A DNA stretch of 64,000 nucleotides from an uncultured Actinomycetes bacterium (GTDB lineage Bacteria; Actinomycetota; UBA4738; HRBIN12): NCBI GenBank assembly GCA_963704885.1, contig CAVPIB010000004.1, forward strand, positions 256,001-320,000, written 5' to 3'. The position numbers and the translations under genes were made by a program. Positions 44,151 through 54,688 of this stretch are shown here, one piece after another (within the stretch, counting starts at the first letter, position 1; each line of letters opens with the position of its first letter). A model generated the notes under the pieces. That model was not told where the DNA came from. It searched no databases and worked only from the letters and a program-made list of their open reading frames with translations.

Positions 44151-44346
44151 GAGATCCGAAGACCCCGAGCCCGAAGGACCGGGGGTTCGTTTCCATGTTG
44201 GAGTCGGTCGCTTCCGGATGACACTCCATGGCGACCGGTTCAGCTGATCCCGCCCGATTGTCCGGACGGTTTCAGTACTACTCGTCTGCTGTACGTCGAA
44301 GGCACGGCGGAACCGCGCCTCCCAGCTGACGGGTTGGCACTGGCTT

Positions 44347-44374
44347 TTGACACACTGTTCAGTTCTCAAGGTGC
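44347..44374 (-). promoter_or_regulatory. rrn leader boxA-like element and processing-stem arm
   Basis: GCACCTTGAGAACTGAACAGTGTGTC. GCACCTTGAGAAC recurs in the spacer at 42420-42432, and the arm is complementary to the spacer near 42455-42468. Confidence 0.7.
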
Positions 44375-44437
44375 GAGGAGACGCGGAGTCCCGCCTTGAA
44401 GTGCAGGAAGCACTCTGGCGGGGCGCGCCGGATAGGT

Positions 44438-44465
44438 ATGGTAACAGCACTGGCGAAGCCGTCAA
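44438..44465 (-). promoter_or_regulatory. rRNA operon promoter
   Basis: TTGACG-N16-TACCAT with a TG extension, just downstream of the tyrS stop. Confidence 0.65.
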
Positions 44466-44472
44466 CCGCCGA

Positions 44473-45681
44473 CTAGCAGAGGCGGCCGAACCAACGGCGT
44501 CCCACCTGCAACACCTTCCCCAGGTACTCATCCCGAGGGGCCTCGAAATCGGGATCCGTCACGGCTTCGGAATCCAATCGGACCCCGCCCTGCTGGAGCA
44601 TCCTGCGGGCTTCGGAGTTGGATGAGGCGCGGCCCAGCGCCACTAACAACCTGGGCAGCCACACCACGTCGTTATCGTCCGCCGCCTCGGCTGGGATGGG
44701 GGTGTCCTCAACCGTCTCGGGGAGTGCGTGGTCTCGGTGGACCCGGTTGAACGCCCCCTCGGCGTGCGGGCCAGCTTCCGGCCCGTGGTACAGATCCACC
44801 ACCAAGCGTGCCATGATGCGCTTCAGGTCGGCGGGGAGCCTCGATCCGTCCGCCAAGCCACGCTCAAGCGCATCGACCTCATCAGGTGGCACCGGCGTGC
44901 AGAGCCGGAGGTACTTGCCGATCAGCTCATCCGGGATACGCATGAGTTTGCCGAACATCTCCGCAGGCTCGTCCGTGATCCCCACGTAGTTCCCAAGCGA
45001 CTGGCTCATCTTCTGGATGCCGTCCAGTCCTTCGAGCAGCGGCACTGTCATGACGAGTTGCGGCTCCTGCCCCCACGAACGCTGCAGCTCGCGTCCAACT
45101 AGGAGGTTGAACAACTGGTCGTTCCCACCCAGCTCGACATCAGCCTCGACGGCGATCGAGTCGTACCCCTGGAACAACGGGTACATGAACTCCGTGATGG
45201 AGATCGGCCGCCCGGCCGCGTACCGGTTGGCGAAGTCCTCCCGTTCCAGCATCCGAGCCACCGTGTAGGACGACGTGAGCCGGAGGACGCCCTCCATATC
45301 GATCGGCTCGAGCCATTCGGCGTTGTACCGGATCTCTAAGCGTTCCTTCGACAGGATCATCGAGAACTGGTCCAGCAGGCGATCGGCGAACGACCGGACG
45401 ACCTCCTTGTCCAGACGTGGCCGGGTCTCAGACCTCCCTGAAGGATCGCCGACCCGGGCCGTGAAGTCGCCCACGATCAACACCGCGGTGTGCCCGGCAT
45501 CCTGGAACTGGCGGAGTTTTCGGAGGACCACCGCCCATCCCAGGGTCACGTCTGACGCCGTGGGATCGAGGCCGAGCTTCACGCGGAGCGGTCGGCCAAG
45601 CCCGAGCTTCTCCTCGAGGCCACCTTCGGGAACGACCTCCGCGGTCCCGTCCCTCAGCAGGGCGAGGATATCCGGAGCCAT
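44473..45681 (-). CDS. tyrS: Tyrosyl-tRNA synthetase
   Basis: VKLGLDPT, YPLFQGYD, GGNDQLFN, KMSQS, C-terminal S4 domain. Confidence 0.95.
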   Translation of the reverse strand: MAPDILALLRDGTAEVVPEGGLEEKLGLGRPLRVKLGLDPTASDVTLGWAVVLRKLRQFQDAGHTAVLIVGDFTARVGDPSGRSETRPRLDKEVVRSFADRLLDQFSMILSKERLEIRYNAEWLEPIDMEGVLRLTSSYTVARMLEREDFANRYAAGRPISITEFMYPLFQGYDSIAVEADVELGGNDQLFNLLVGRELQRSWGQEPQLVMTVPLLEGLDGIQKMSQSLGNYVGITDEPAEMFGKLMRIPDELIGKYLRLCTPVPPDEVDALERGLADGSRLPADLKRIMARLVVDLYHGPEAGPHAEGAFNRVHRDHALPETVEDTPIPAEAADDNDVVWLPRLLVALGRASSNSEARRMLQQGGVRLDSEAVTDPDFEAPRDEYLGKVLQVGRRWFGRLC

Positions 45682-45731
45682 GGGAACCGGATGCTACCAG
45701 CGCACCCGAGGGCCAAGGGTAGACTCGCTCG

Positions 45732-47975
45732 ATGAGGAGGAGCCGGGGACTCACCCTCGTCATCGCCATGCTCGCGCTCGTCGCGTCCGCCTGTGGGTCG
45801 CTGCCGCGGTTGTCCGACTACCGCGAACGATCGATCCCGCTCGCGCAGACCTCGTTCCTGTTCGCCTCCGACGGCAGCCTGATCACCGAGCTCCACGCGG
45901 GCGAAGATCGTGTGGTGCTCTCCCGCGCCCAGATACCGCAGGCTGTCCGCGATGCGGCGATCGCGGTGGAGGACAAGCGATTCTTCTACCACCACGGGTT
46001 CGACCTGCGGGCGATCATCCGAGCCGCCTACGCCGACGTCTCGGCCGGGGAGATCGTCGAGGGAGGCTCCACGATCACGCAGCAGCTCGTGAAGCAGCTC
46101 TACGTGGGCGACGACGAGACCTTCCGCCGGAAGACCGACGAGGCCATCCTGGCGTGGCAGCTGGAGGATCGCCTCACGAAGGACCAGATCCTGACGAAGT
46201 ACCTGAACACCGTGTACTTCGGTCAGGGTGCGTATGGGATCCAGGCCGCCGCACGCTCATACTTCGCGGTCGACGCGAAGGATCTGACCCTCGCGCAGAG
46301 CGCACTGTTGGCCGGCTTGATCCGCGCGCCCAACGACTTCGACCCCTTCGTACATCCCGTGCACGGTCGTATCCGTCGCAATCAGGCTCTCAAGGCCATG
46401 TTCGACCAGGGGTTGATCTCCCAAGCCCAGCACGACGCGGCCGTCACGGAGCCGATCGAGCTCCATCCGTCCACCTCCGAGGAGCGCTATCCGTATCCGT
46501 ACTTCGTCGACTACTTCAAGCAGTGGTTCCTGTCTAACCCTGCTTTCGGTGAGACGCGGGAGGATCGCTACAGGCTCCTGTTCACCGGGGGATTGAGGAT
46601 CACCACCACGCTCGACCCGCGGATGCAGTCCGCAGCACAGACTGCCGTTCGCTCGATCCTGTCGTACCCGGGCGATCCAGCCGGAGCCATGACGGTGATA
46701 GATCCTCGGACGGGATACGTGCGGGCGATGGTCGGGGGGAAGGACAACGACTACTGGGACGCCGAGTCCGGAGACGGCCGCGTGAACCTGGCCACGGGTG
46801 GCAGCACCGGACGACAAGCAGGGTCGTCGTTCAAACCGTTCGCGCTGGTGGCCGCGCTCGAGAACGGGATCTCCCCTGACACAGCGTTCCCCGCGCCATC
46901 CTCTATCCAGATCCCCTTGGACAACGGACAGGTTTGGGATGTCACGAACGCGGAAGCCAGCGCCTACGGAAGCCTGACGCTCGAGCAGGCCACGATCTCG
47001 TCCGTGAACACGGTGTACGCCCAGCTGATCGAGTTCCTGGGCCCGCAGACAGTGGTCGACACCGCGAGGCGGATGGGTATCCGCTGCTGCCTGCGGGCTA
47101 CCCAGCCCAAGCGTCCGCTCCTCCCCTACCTGTCGGCGGTGCTCGGGACCAACGAGGTCAACACGCTCGAGATGACCTCCGCCTACGGGACCTTGGCGAC
47201 GGGGGGTCAGCATGTGAACCCCGTCCCGGTGATCAGCATCACCGACTCGCAGGGAGGCCTGCTCTGGCAGGCGAGCCCGAAGCCGCTCCAGGTGATCGAC
47301 CCGGCCGTCGCGTCAGCCGCCGATCAGATCCTTCAGAAGGTCGTGCTCTATGGGACCGGGGCTGCGGCCAACATCGGCCGGCCCCAGATCGGTAAGACCG
47401 GGACCGCTCAGAACTACCACGACGCGTGGTTCGTAGGCGCCATCCCTCAGCTCGTGGCGGCGGTCTGGGTCGGTTTCCCGCAGGGGCAGATCTCTATGGC
47501 TCCTCCCACCACGCGTATCACCGTCTTCGGCGGAACCTGGCCCGCACAGATCTGGCGCAACTTCATGCTGAAGGCGGCGCTTACCTTCGAGGTTCGCGAG
47601 TTCCCGACGCCTGAGGTGAACTATGTCGCGGTGGCAGTCGATGTGACCCAGGAGCCGTACTGCCTGCCGAACCAGTACACGTTGCCTCAGAACATCCAGA
47701 TCCTGGAGTTCATCGGAGGCACCGAACCCACTCAGACCTGCACCACGCCGACGTCGCTCCAGGCGGTCAACGTGCCGTCGGTCGTGGGTCTCTCACAGGC
47801 GGCGGCCATGACGCTCCTGGGCGACGCTGGGTTCTACGTTCACGTCCTGGTCGAAACATCCACCCAGCCCCCGGGGACCGTGATCTCACAGAGCCCAGCC
47901 GCCGGGGTGAGCGCCTATCAAACGAGCGCCGTTACCATCACCGTCTCGATAGACCTGACGACGCCGAGCACTTAG
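45732..47975 (+). CDS. Class A penicillin-binding protein (transglycosylase, transpeptidase, PASTA) with a lipobox-like N-terminus
   Basis: LVASAC, EDKRF, GGSTITQQL, GSSFKPF, SVN, KTG, and C-terminal VPSVVG. Confidence 0.94.
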   Translation: MRRSRGLTLVIAMLALVASACGSLPRLSDYRERSIPLAQTSFLFASDGSLITELHAGEDRVVLSRAQIPQAVRDAAIAVEDKRFFYHHGFDLRAIIRAAYADVSAGEIVEGGSTITQQLVKQLYVGDDETFRRKTDEAILAWQLEDRLTKDQILTKYLNTVYFGQGAYGIQAAARSYFAVDAKDLTLAQSALLAGLIRAPNDFDPFVHPVHGRIRRNQALKAMFDQGLISQAQHDAAVTEPIELHPSTSEERYPYPYFVDYFKQWFLSNPAFGETREDRYRLLFTGGLRITTTLDPRMQSAAQTAVRSILSYPGDPAGAMTVIDPRTGYVRAMVGGKDNDYWDAESGDGRVNLATGGSTGRQAGSSFKPFALVAALENGISPDTAFPAPSSIQIPLDNGQVWDVTNAEASAYGSLTLEQATISSVNTVYAQLIEFLGPQTVVDTARRMGIRCCLRATQPKRPLLPYLSAVLGTNEVNTLEMTSAYGTLATGGQHVNPVPVISITDSQGGLLWQASPKPLQVIDPAVASAADQILQKVVLYGTGAAANIGRPQIGKTGTAQNYHDAWFVGAIPQLVAAVWVGFPQGQISMAPPTTRITVFGGTWPAQIWRNFMLKAALTFEVREFPTPEVNYVAVAVDVTQEPYCLPNQYTLPQNIQILEFIGGTEPTQTCTTPTSLQAVNVPSVVGLSQAAAMTLLGDAGFYVHVLVETSTQPPGTVISQSPAAGVSAYQTSAVTITVSIDLTTPST

Positions 47976-48576
47976 GGGATGCGGGTCGCTTCAACGATAC
48001 GTACGGGTCGTCGCGGATCGAGTAGCGCCACTGGCGTTCGACGCCGACGCGGATCCCTACTCGCGGCCCGGTAGCGATCGCATCCCTTGGGACGGGCGCT
48101 CCCTCCTCGATCCACACGTCGCCCCCTTCGACGAGGTCCATACCGTCGAGGGTGCGATCGACGCCGAACGCCTGGCACAGTCGAGCTGGTCCAGAACAGA
48201 GCTCGCGTACCCGCTCGCGCCCCCGCCTTGCCCGCATCTCGTCGTGGCCTTCCAGCGGCTCCGCAGCCCGGAGGAGGACGGCCGTACCCTCCCCTTCGCG
48301 ACCCACGACCACGTTCATGCACTGATGTATGCCATAGACGAAGTAGACGTACAGGCACCCAGGCGGCCCGAACATGACGGCGTTCCTTGCGGTGGGCCCG
48401 CGGAAGGAATGACTGGCTGGGTCGTCGGAAGTGTAGGCCTCGGTCTCCACGATCCGAGCCGCGAGACGAGTGCCCTTGGGACCCGCCCTGACCAGGGTTC
48501 GGCCCAGAAGATCGGGCGCGACCTCAGTGGCCACTCGGCCGTAGAAGCTCCTGGGCAATCGGCGACCCCCGCTCAG
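47938..48576 (-). CDS. mpg: 3-methyladenine DNA glycosylase (start uncertain: CTG 48576, TTG 48558 or GTG 48624)
   Basis: RIVETEAY, DPASHS, YVYFVYGIH.C.N, AVLLRA.EP, SGPARL, GPRVGI. Confidence 0.92.
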   Translation of the reverse strand: MSGGRRLPRSFYGRVATEVAPDLLGRTLVRAGPKGTRLAARIVETEAYTSDDPASHSFRGPTARNAVMFGPPGCLYVYFVYGIHQCMNVVVGREGEGTAVLLRAAEPLEGHDEMRARRGRERVRELCSGPARLCQAFGVDRTLDGMDLVEGGDVWIEEGAPVPRDAIATGPRVGIRVGVERQWRYSIRDDPYVSLKRPASPKCSASSGLSRR

Positions 48577-50297
48577 GCCGGGCGCTCCTTTCGGAGGAAC
48601 CGACGGAGCTTCGCGAGAGGCCACGTGTTGATGACGTCGTCATCGGTGAGCCAGCCGCGCTGGGCGGTGGCTACGCCGTAACGCATGAGCGGAAGATGAA
48701 CGGCAGCGTGGGAGTCCGTGTTCACCGCGAACTTCACGCCGTAGCGCCTGGCCCACAGGATGTGCTCGTCCTTCAGATCGAGGCGCTCCGGGAACGAGTT
48801 GACCTCGAGGGCGGTGCCTGTTCTGGCGGCGGCCTCGAACACCGCTTCGAGGTCCACGTCGATAGGCGGGCGCTTGCCGATGAGCCGTCCCGTCAGATGA
48901 CCGATCACGTTCACGAACGGGTTCTCCATCGCGCGGATCACACGCCGAGTCATCTCGTCGCGCGGTTGGGTGAAGTGAGAATGGACGGAGGCGACCGTCA
49001 CATCGAACCCTGCGAGGAACGCATCGGGCCAATCGACGCTCCCGTCCGCGTCGATGTTCAGCTCTGCGCCGTGGAGCAGCGTCATGTCGAACGCCGGCTG
49101 GAGCGCCTGGATCCTGGCTCGCTGCGCGAGGATCTTCTCGTCGGTCATGCGCTGCATGGCGAGGTTCGGCGCATGATCGGTGACGGCGAAGTAGGCGTAC
49201 CTCAGCGCCTTCGCGGCGTCGAGCATCTCTTCCAGCGATGCCAGGCCATCCGTCAGGTTGGTGTGCGTGTGGAGGTCGCCGCGGATCCGACGCTGCTGTA
49301 TCACCTTCGGGAGCTCGCCGGCGAGCGCCGCCTCGACCTCGCCTCGATCCTCTCGGAGCGTCGGCTCGATGTAGGGAAGCCCGAGCCGCTCATACACCTG
49401 CTCCTCGGTCTCGGCGGCGAGCAGCTCCCCACTCTTCGCGTCGAACAGACCGTATTCGTTCAGCTTGAGGCCCTCGCGGACGGCCATCTCTCGGATGCGG
49501 ACGTTATGGGCCTTGGATCCGGTGAAGTAGATCATGGCCGCCCCCCAGACCTCGGGCGCCACCACGCGCAGATCCACCTGCAACCCGCGATCGGTCACGA
49601 TCGATGACTTCGTGTCGCCCTGAGCGAGAATCTGCTTGACCGAGGGAAGCACCACGAACGTCTCCATGATCGGCACCGGGTCCGTGCTCGCCACCAGGAG
49701 GTCGACGTCGCCGATGGTCTCCCTCATGCGCCGGAGCGACCCGGCGAAGGCGGCTCGACGTACCTGCTTCATCGCGGTGAGCTGCGCGAGCATGGCCTCA
49801 GCCACACCGATGGCGACGCTCACCAGAACCCGGCCGCCCGAAGCCGAGAGTTGCTGGAGGCCGCTCAGGATGTTGTCCTGAGTGCGCTTGCCGAACCCCT
49901 TGAGTCCTGCGACCCGATCGTCGTCGATGGCTCGTATGAGCCCCTCCACCGAGTCGACGCCGAGCTCTCGGTGAAGCACCATGGCCTTCTTCGGCCCCAG
50001 ACCGGGGATGGACATCAGCTCGCGGACGCCCGAAGGGATCTGGGCTCGCAGCTCCTCCAGATCGGCGAAGGTCCCCGTCTTGAGGATCTCGAGCACCTTC
50101 TCCCCGATCGACTTACCCACGCTCGGGATCTCCAGGATCGCCTTGAGATCCAGTCCCGACACGTCCTCGTGGAACCCGCCGACGGCCCGGGCGGCCTTCT
50201 CATACGCGCGCGGTTTGAAGCGATCCTCCGACAGGATCGAGAGGAGGTCCGCGAATTCGAGGAGAGCTTGTTCGACGTCGTCGTTGGCCCGGGCCAC
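48573..50297 (-). CDS. polX: DNA polymerase X with PHP domain
   Basis: GSLRR.RETIGDVD, QVDLR, YFTGSKAHN, GDLHTHT, TDH, NTDSH. Confidence 0.95.
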   Translation of the reverse strand: MARANDDVEQALLEFADLLSILSEDRFKPRAYEKAARAVGGFHEDVSGLDLKAILEIPSVGKSIGEKVLEILKTGTFADLEELRAQIPSGVRELMSIPGLGPKKAMVLHRELGVDSVEGLIRAIDDDRVAGLKGFGKRTQDNILSGLQQLSASGGRVLVSVAIGVAEAMLAQLTAMKQVRRAAFAGSLRRMRETIGDVDLLVASTDPVPIMETFVVLPSVKQILAQGDTKSSIVTDRGLQVDLRVVAPEVWGAAMIYFTGSKAHNVRIREMAVREGLKLNEYGLFDAKSGELLAAETEEQVYERLGLPYIEPTLREDRGEVEAALAGELPKVIQQRRIRGDLHTHTNLTDGLASLEEMLDAAKALRYAYFAVTDHAPNLAMQRMTDEKILAQRARIQALQPAFDMTLLHGAELNIDADGSVDWPDAFLAGFDVTVASVHSHFTQPRDEMTRRVIRAMENPFVNVIGHLTGRLIGKRPPIDVDLEAVFEAAARTGTALEVNSFPERLDLKDEHILWARRYGVKFAVNTDSHAAVHLPLMRYGVATAQRGWLTDDDVINTWPLAKLRRFLRKERPA

Positions 50298-50307
50298 GGT
50301 CGACGCC

Positions 50308-51228
50308 TCAAGCCAGGTCGAAGAGGAAGAGCAGGAGTGCCTTCTGCGTGTGCAAGCGGTTCTCGGCCTGATCCCACACGGCTGAGCGAGGGCCGTCGAT
50401 CACCTCGTCCGTTATCTCCATGCCACGATGGGCCGGGAGGCAGTGCAGGACCACGACCTCGGGAGAGGCCGTGCCCACGAGCTTCTCGTCGATCTGATAG
50501 CCGCGGAACACCAGCTCCCGCTCGTCTGTCTCGGCCTCCTGACCCATGCTTGCCCAGACGTCCGTGTACAGAACATCGGCATCGCGGGCCGCGTCCATGG
50601 GATCGTGAAGCACCTCGACGGCCCCACCGGTCTCCGAGGCGATCTCCGCGGCCCGGTTGACCACTTGTGGGATGGGCTCGAAGCCCGGAGGCACTGCCAC
50701 CCGCACCCGCATGCCTACCTTCGCGCCCGCCAGCAGGAGCGAGTGGGCCACGTTGTTCCCATCGCCTAGATAGCTGAGCGTTCGACCATCCAGGCCACCC
50801 AGACGCTCCCGAACGGTGAACAGGTCTGCGAGCGCCTGGCAGGGATGTTCGAAGTCGGAAAGGGAATTGATCACGGGGATAGTCGCCGCCGAAGCCAGCA
50901 GCTCGAGTCGCTCCTGCTCGAAGGTCCGCAGGACGATGGCGTCGACGTATCGGCTGAAGACGCGGCCTGTGTCCTCGATCGTTTCGCCGCGACCGAGTTG
51001 CAGGTCGGAGGAGGAGATCACGAGCGGATGGGCACCCAACTCCGCCACGCCCACCTCGAAGGACACGCGGGTCCTCGTAGAGGGCTTCTCGAAGACGAGC
51101 GCTACGGAGCGACCCCGCAGCCGGTCGGCGTATGCGGCCGGATCCGCCTTGACACGTTCGCCCAGGTCCAGGATCGCGATGAGCTCCGAGGGAGACAGAT
51201 CGTCGACCGACAGGTAGTTGCGTGCCAT
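50308..51228 (-). CDS. argF: Ornithine carbamoyltransferase
   Basis: FEKPSTRT, HPCQALAD, TDVWASMG, HCLPAHRG. Confidence 0.96.
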   Translation of the reverse strand: MARNYLSVDDLSPSELIAILDLGERVKADPAAYADRLRGRSVALVFEKPSTRTRVSFEVGVAELGAHPLVISSSDLQLGRGETIEDTGRVFSRYVDAIVLRTFEQERLELLASAATIPVINSLSDFEHPCQALADLFTVRERLGGLDGRTLSYLGDGNNVAHSLLLAGAKVGMRVRVAVPPGFEPIPQVVNRAAEIASETGGAVEVLHDPMDAARDADVLYTDVWASMGQEAETDERELVFRGYQIDEKLVGTASPEVVVLHCLPAHRGMEITDEVIDGPRSAVWDQAENRLHTQKALLLFLFDLA

Positions 51229-51239
51229 CGGCGGCGAGT

Positions 51240-53615
51240 CTATACCGACGCCGACCTGATCTCTCCGCCGAACCGTTCGCGTATCTGCGACACGATCCGC
51301 TCCACCGCTTCATCCGCTTCTTGACTCTCCAGCGTGCGCTCGGATGCACGCAGATCCAGCGCGAAGCTCAGGCTCTTCTTCCCTGCTTCGAGTGGCGGAC
51401 CCGACCAGACGTCGAAGAGCTCACAGGCTGCCAAGAGATCGCCACCCGCCTTGCGGATGGCGCGCAGGACCTCGCCGGACGCCACCTCTTCATCGAGCGC
51501 GAAGCTCAGGTCCCTGCGGACGGGGGGGAACCGGGGGACATCGCGAACCGCGATGGTCGACGGAGCGCTGCCGAGCAGCGCGGCCAACTCGACCTCGCCC
51601 ATGGCGATGCGGCCGGGGACATCAAGGGAGTGCGCAACCCTCGGGTGGATCTCGCCGACGACCCCGGCCCGCTCACCGCCAACCATGACGAACGCGGACC
51701 GGCTTGGATGCAGAGGGGAACCTACCGGCTCCCCCAGCGACCACTCGACGCCGAGGTCGCGCATGAGAGCCTCCACGACCCCCTTCGCGTCGAAGAAGTC
51801 GTACTCCCGTCGGCCCGTCCATCCCACCTCTGCCATCCCGGTCATCGCGAACGCCACCTTCGAGCGCTCCTCAGGCACACCCCCAACGAGGCGGAAGACG
51901 GTCCCGACCTCGAACAAGGCCGCGCTCCTCACTTGCCGGTAGACGTTCCGACGGAGCGCTTTCAGCAGTCCCTGAGTGAGGCGGGTCCGCAGCCACCTCT
52001 CCTCGGCCTGCAAGGGATTCGCTATGGCGATGGCATCGGCATCACCGGTGAGCTCCAGGTCCTGGTCGGAAGCGAACGGGAACGAGCGGATCTCCCTCAG
52101 GCCGGCACGCATGAGCGACCCTTGAACGCGCTCTCGGAACGCGTAGTCACGGGGCGTCCCGCCCGCCTGACGCACCGCCGGAGTGGTGGAACCGACGCGC
52201 TCGTACCCCTGGACCCGAACGACCTCTTCGATCAGGTCGACCTCTCGCTCGATGTCGACGCGGTATCCAGGAACCTCCACAGTGACCTCGTCTCCGTGGG
52301 TCTCGGACGGCATCATCAGCCGGTTGAAGACCGCCACGGCGTCCGTCGCCGCGACGTCGTAGCCGATCAGCGAGGACGCGCGGCTCGCACGCATCGTGAC
52401 GCGACGCCGCTCGGGGGCGGCCCCCACGTCGATCGTGCCCGCGAGCACCTGCGCTCCGCACCACTCGGCGATCAGGCGGGATGCTCTGTCAGCGCCGACG
52501 GTCACCCCCTCTGGGTCGACTCCGCGCTCGAACCGCATCGAGGCCTCTGTCGACAACGCGATCCGCCGGCGCGTCCGTTGGATGCCACCACGTTCGAACG
52601 CCGCGGCCTCCAGCAGGATGTCCGTGGTGCCGTCGGAGACCTCCGCGAGGGCACCTCCCATCACCCCCGCGACCCCCAGCGGGCGCTCGGTGTCGCAGAT
52701 CAGGAGATCATCGGGTGTGAAGGTCCTTTCGACGTCGTCGAGCGTCACCATCCGCTCCCCATCGGTCGCCCGACGCACGACGATCCCCGGTCCCTTCAGG
52801 AGGGCCAGATCGAACGGGTGGAGCGGTTGCCCGATCTCGATCATCGCGTAGTTCGTGGCGTCCACGGCCGCCGATATCGGGCGCATCCCCGCGGCGGTCA
52901 GACGTGCTTGGATACGGATGGGAGACGCCGTGTGCTGGACGTTCCTTAGGATCCGCGCGGTGTAGCGAGGACACCCGAAGCTGTCGAGGACCTCTACGGT
53001 AGCGACGTCTTCGGTCCGCTCGTCGCCCTCACGCACATCGATATCAGGCGACGTATACGGGACACCTGTCGCCGCAGCAACCTCCCGCGCCACGCCGATC
53101 ACGGACAGGAAGTCCGGTCGGTTGGGGGTAACCTCGATATCAAGCACCGCGTCGTCCAGTCCGAGGGACGACTTGAGATCGTCACCGGGCGTCATGTCCG
53201 CCGGCAGCAAGAGGATGCCCTCGTGCGTCGGGGCGATCCCCAGCTCCATCGGCGAACAGAGCATGCCTTCGGATATGACTCCCCGGATCTCTCGTGCAGC
53301 AAGCGGGGCGGGCAACGCGGGCACGCGCGCGCCCGGACCGGCGAGTGGGACCAGGTCGCCGGGCCGCATGTTCCGGACGCCCACGACCACCTCTCGCTCG
53401 GACGATCGCGTGGAGACCCGCGCAAGACATAGCTTGTCTGAACCTGGATGGTCGCGGACCTCCAGGACCGTGGCGACCACGACTCCTTCCAACCCGTCCC
53501 AGGGCCGATCGATCCGCTCTACCTCCGCGCCCTTCGCGGTAAGGATCTCGGCCAGCTCCTCGGCCGACAGCTCCGTCGGGCAGAACTCGCGCAACCACGA
53601 CAGGACGACTTTCAC
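51240..53615 (-). CDS. pheT: Phenylalanyl-tRNA synthetase beta subunit
   Basis: VLSWLREF, SEGMLCS, VTPNRPD, RFERGVD, DLIEEVVR. GTGA overlap with the pheS stop. Confidence 0.95.
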   Translation of the reverse strand: MKVVLSWLREFCPTELSAEELAEILTAKGAEVERIDRPWDGLEGVVVATVLEVRDHPGSDKLCLARVSTRSSEREVVVGVRNMRPGDLVPLAGPGARVPALPAPLAAREIRGVISEGMLCSPMELGIAPTHEGILLLPADMTPGDDLKSSLGLDDAVLDIEVTPNRPDFLSVIGVAREVAAATGVPYTSPDIDVREGDERTEDVATVEVLDSFGCPRYTARILRNVQHTASPIRIQARLTAAGMRPISAAVDATNYAMIEIGQPLHPFDLALLKGPGIVVRRATDGERMVTLDDVERTFTPDDLLICDTERPLGVAGVMGGALAEVSDGTTDILLEAAAFERGGIQRTRRRIALSTEASMRFERGVDPEGVTVGADRASRLIAEWCGAQVLAGTIDVGAAPERRRVTMRASRASSLIGYDVAATDAVAVFNRLMMPSETHGDEVTVEVPGYRVDIEREVDLIEEVVRVQGYERVGSTTPAVRQAGGTPRDYAFRERVQGSLMRAGLREIRSFPFASDQDLELTGDADAIAIANPLQAEERWLRTRLTQGLLKALRRNVYRQVRSAALFEVGTVFRLVGGVPEERSKVAFAMTGMAEVGWTGRREYDFFDAKGVVEALMRDLGVEWSLGEPVGSPLHPSRSAFVMVGGERAGVVGEIHPRVAHSLDVPGRIAMGEVELAALLGSAPSTIAVRDVPRFPPVRRDLSFALDEEVASGEVLRAIRKAGGDLLAACELFDVWSGPPLEAGKKSLSFALDLRASERTLESQEADEAVERIVSQIRERFGGEIRSASV

Positions 53616-54658
53616 GCCACGCCCTCGAACTGCTCCAGGAAGCGGACGTCCCCTTCGACGAAGAGACGCATGTCGGGTACGCCGTACCGGATCATGGCCA
53701 CCCTTTCGATCCCCAACCCGAACGCGAATCCTGTGTAACGCTCGCTGTCGTATCCGCAGTTCTCGAGGACCTTCGGGTGGACCATGCCGGCGCCGAGTAG
53801 CTCGATCCAGCCGTTGCCGCACGTCCGGCATCCCGCGCCGTCGCAGACGAAGCACGACACCGCCACCTGCGCGCCCGGCTCGACGAACGGGAAGTAGTCG
53901 GGGTTGAGCCGAACACGTCGGTCTGCGCCGAACATCTCGCGCGCGAACGCCTCGAGCGTGCCCTTCAGATCGGCGAACGAGATCCCCTCATCGACCGCCA
54001 GGCACTCCACCTGATGGAATACCGGCAGGTGCGTGGCATCCGGCGTCTCCTGGCGGAACACGCGTCCGGGACACACGATGTGGATGGGGGGGCCCTCGGC
54101 CTCCATCGTTCTGATCTGAGCTGCCGACGTCTCGGTGCGGAGCAGCATCCCCGGCAGGTCGATGTAGAGCGAATCCTTCATGGTTCGGGCCGGGTGGTCG
54201 GGCGGGATGTTCAACGCCTCGAAGTTGTGCCAGTCATCCTCGATCTCAGGGCCCTCGACGACCCGGTAGCCCATCCGCGTGAAGACCTCGACGATGCGTC
54301 GTTCGACGATGGCAAGAGGATGGAGCGAGCCGTTGGGCGGTCGCCTGCCGGGGAGAGAAACGTCCACAGCATCTGCCTCGAGCAGATGAGCTTCCGCGCT
54401 GATCTCGAGATCGGTGCCGCGTCGCTCGATCGCGGTGTGCAACGCATCACGAGTCTCATTCGCCAGTGCGCCCAGTGCCTTGCGGTCGTCATGGTCGAAG
54501 CTCCCCAGCGCCCTCTGTACCTCGGAGAACCGCGTCTTACGCCCGAGCACGGCGACCCTCGCCGCGTCGAGCTCATCACGCGTGCCCGCAGCGGCCACGG
54601 CCGCCAAGCCTCGTGTTCGTTCTTCCTCAAGGATCGAGCGTGCCTGCTGAGGGTCCAT
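53612..54658 (-). CDS. pheS: Phenylalanyl-tRNA synthetase alpha subunit
   Basis: NFEALNIPPDHPAR, FHQVE, FPFVEP, GFAFGLGIER. Confidence 0.96.
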   Translation of the reverse strand: MDPQQARSILEEERTRGLAAVAAAGTRDELDAARVAVLGRKTRFSEVQRALGSFDHDDRKALGALANETRDALHTAIERRGTDLEISAEAHLLEADAVDVSLPGRRPPNGSLHPLAIVERRIVEVFTRMGYRVVEGPEIEDDWHNFEALNIPPDHPARTMKDSLYIDLPGMLLRTETSAAQIRTMEAEGPPIHIVCPGRVFRQETPDATHLPVFHQVECLAVDEGISFADLKGTLEAFAREMFGADRRVRLNPDYFPFVEPGAQVAVSCFVCDGAGCRTCGNGWIELLGAGMVHPKVLENCGYDSERYTGFAFGLGIERVAMIRYGVPDMRLFVEGDVRFLEQFEGVA

Positions 54659-54688
54659 CAGGCCGCCGAGTCTAACAAGGCACCCTGT

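Noticed and set aside
53815-53860. CxxC-CxxC segment in PheS
   Set aside because: This is a common feature of many bacterial PheS proteins.
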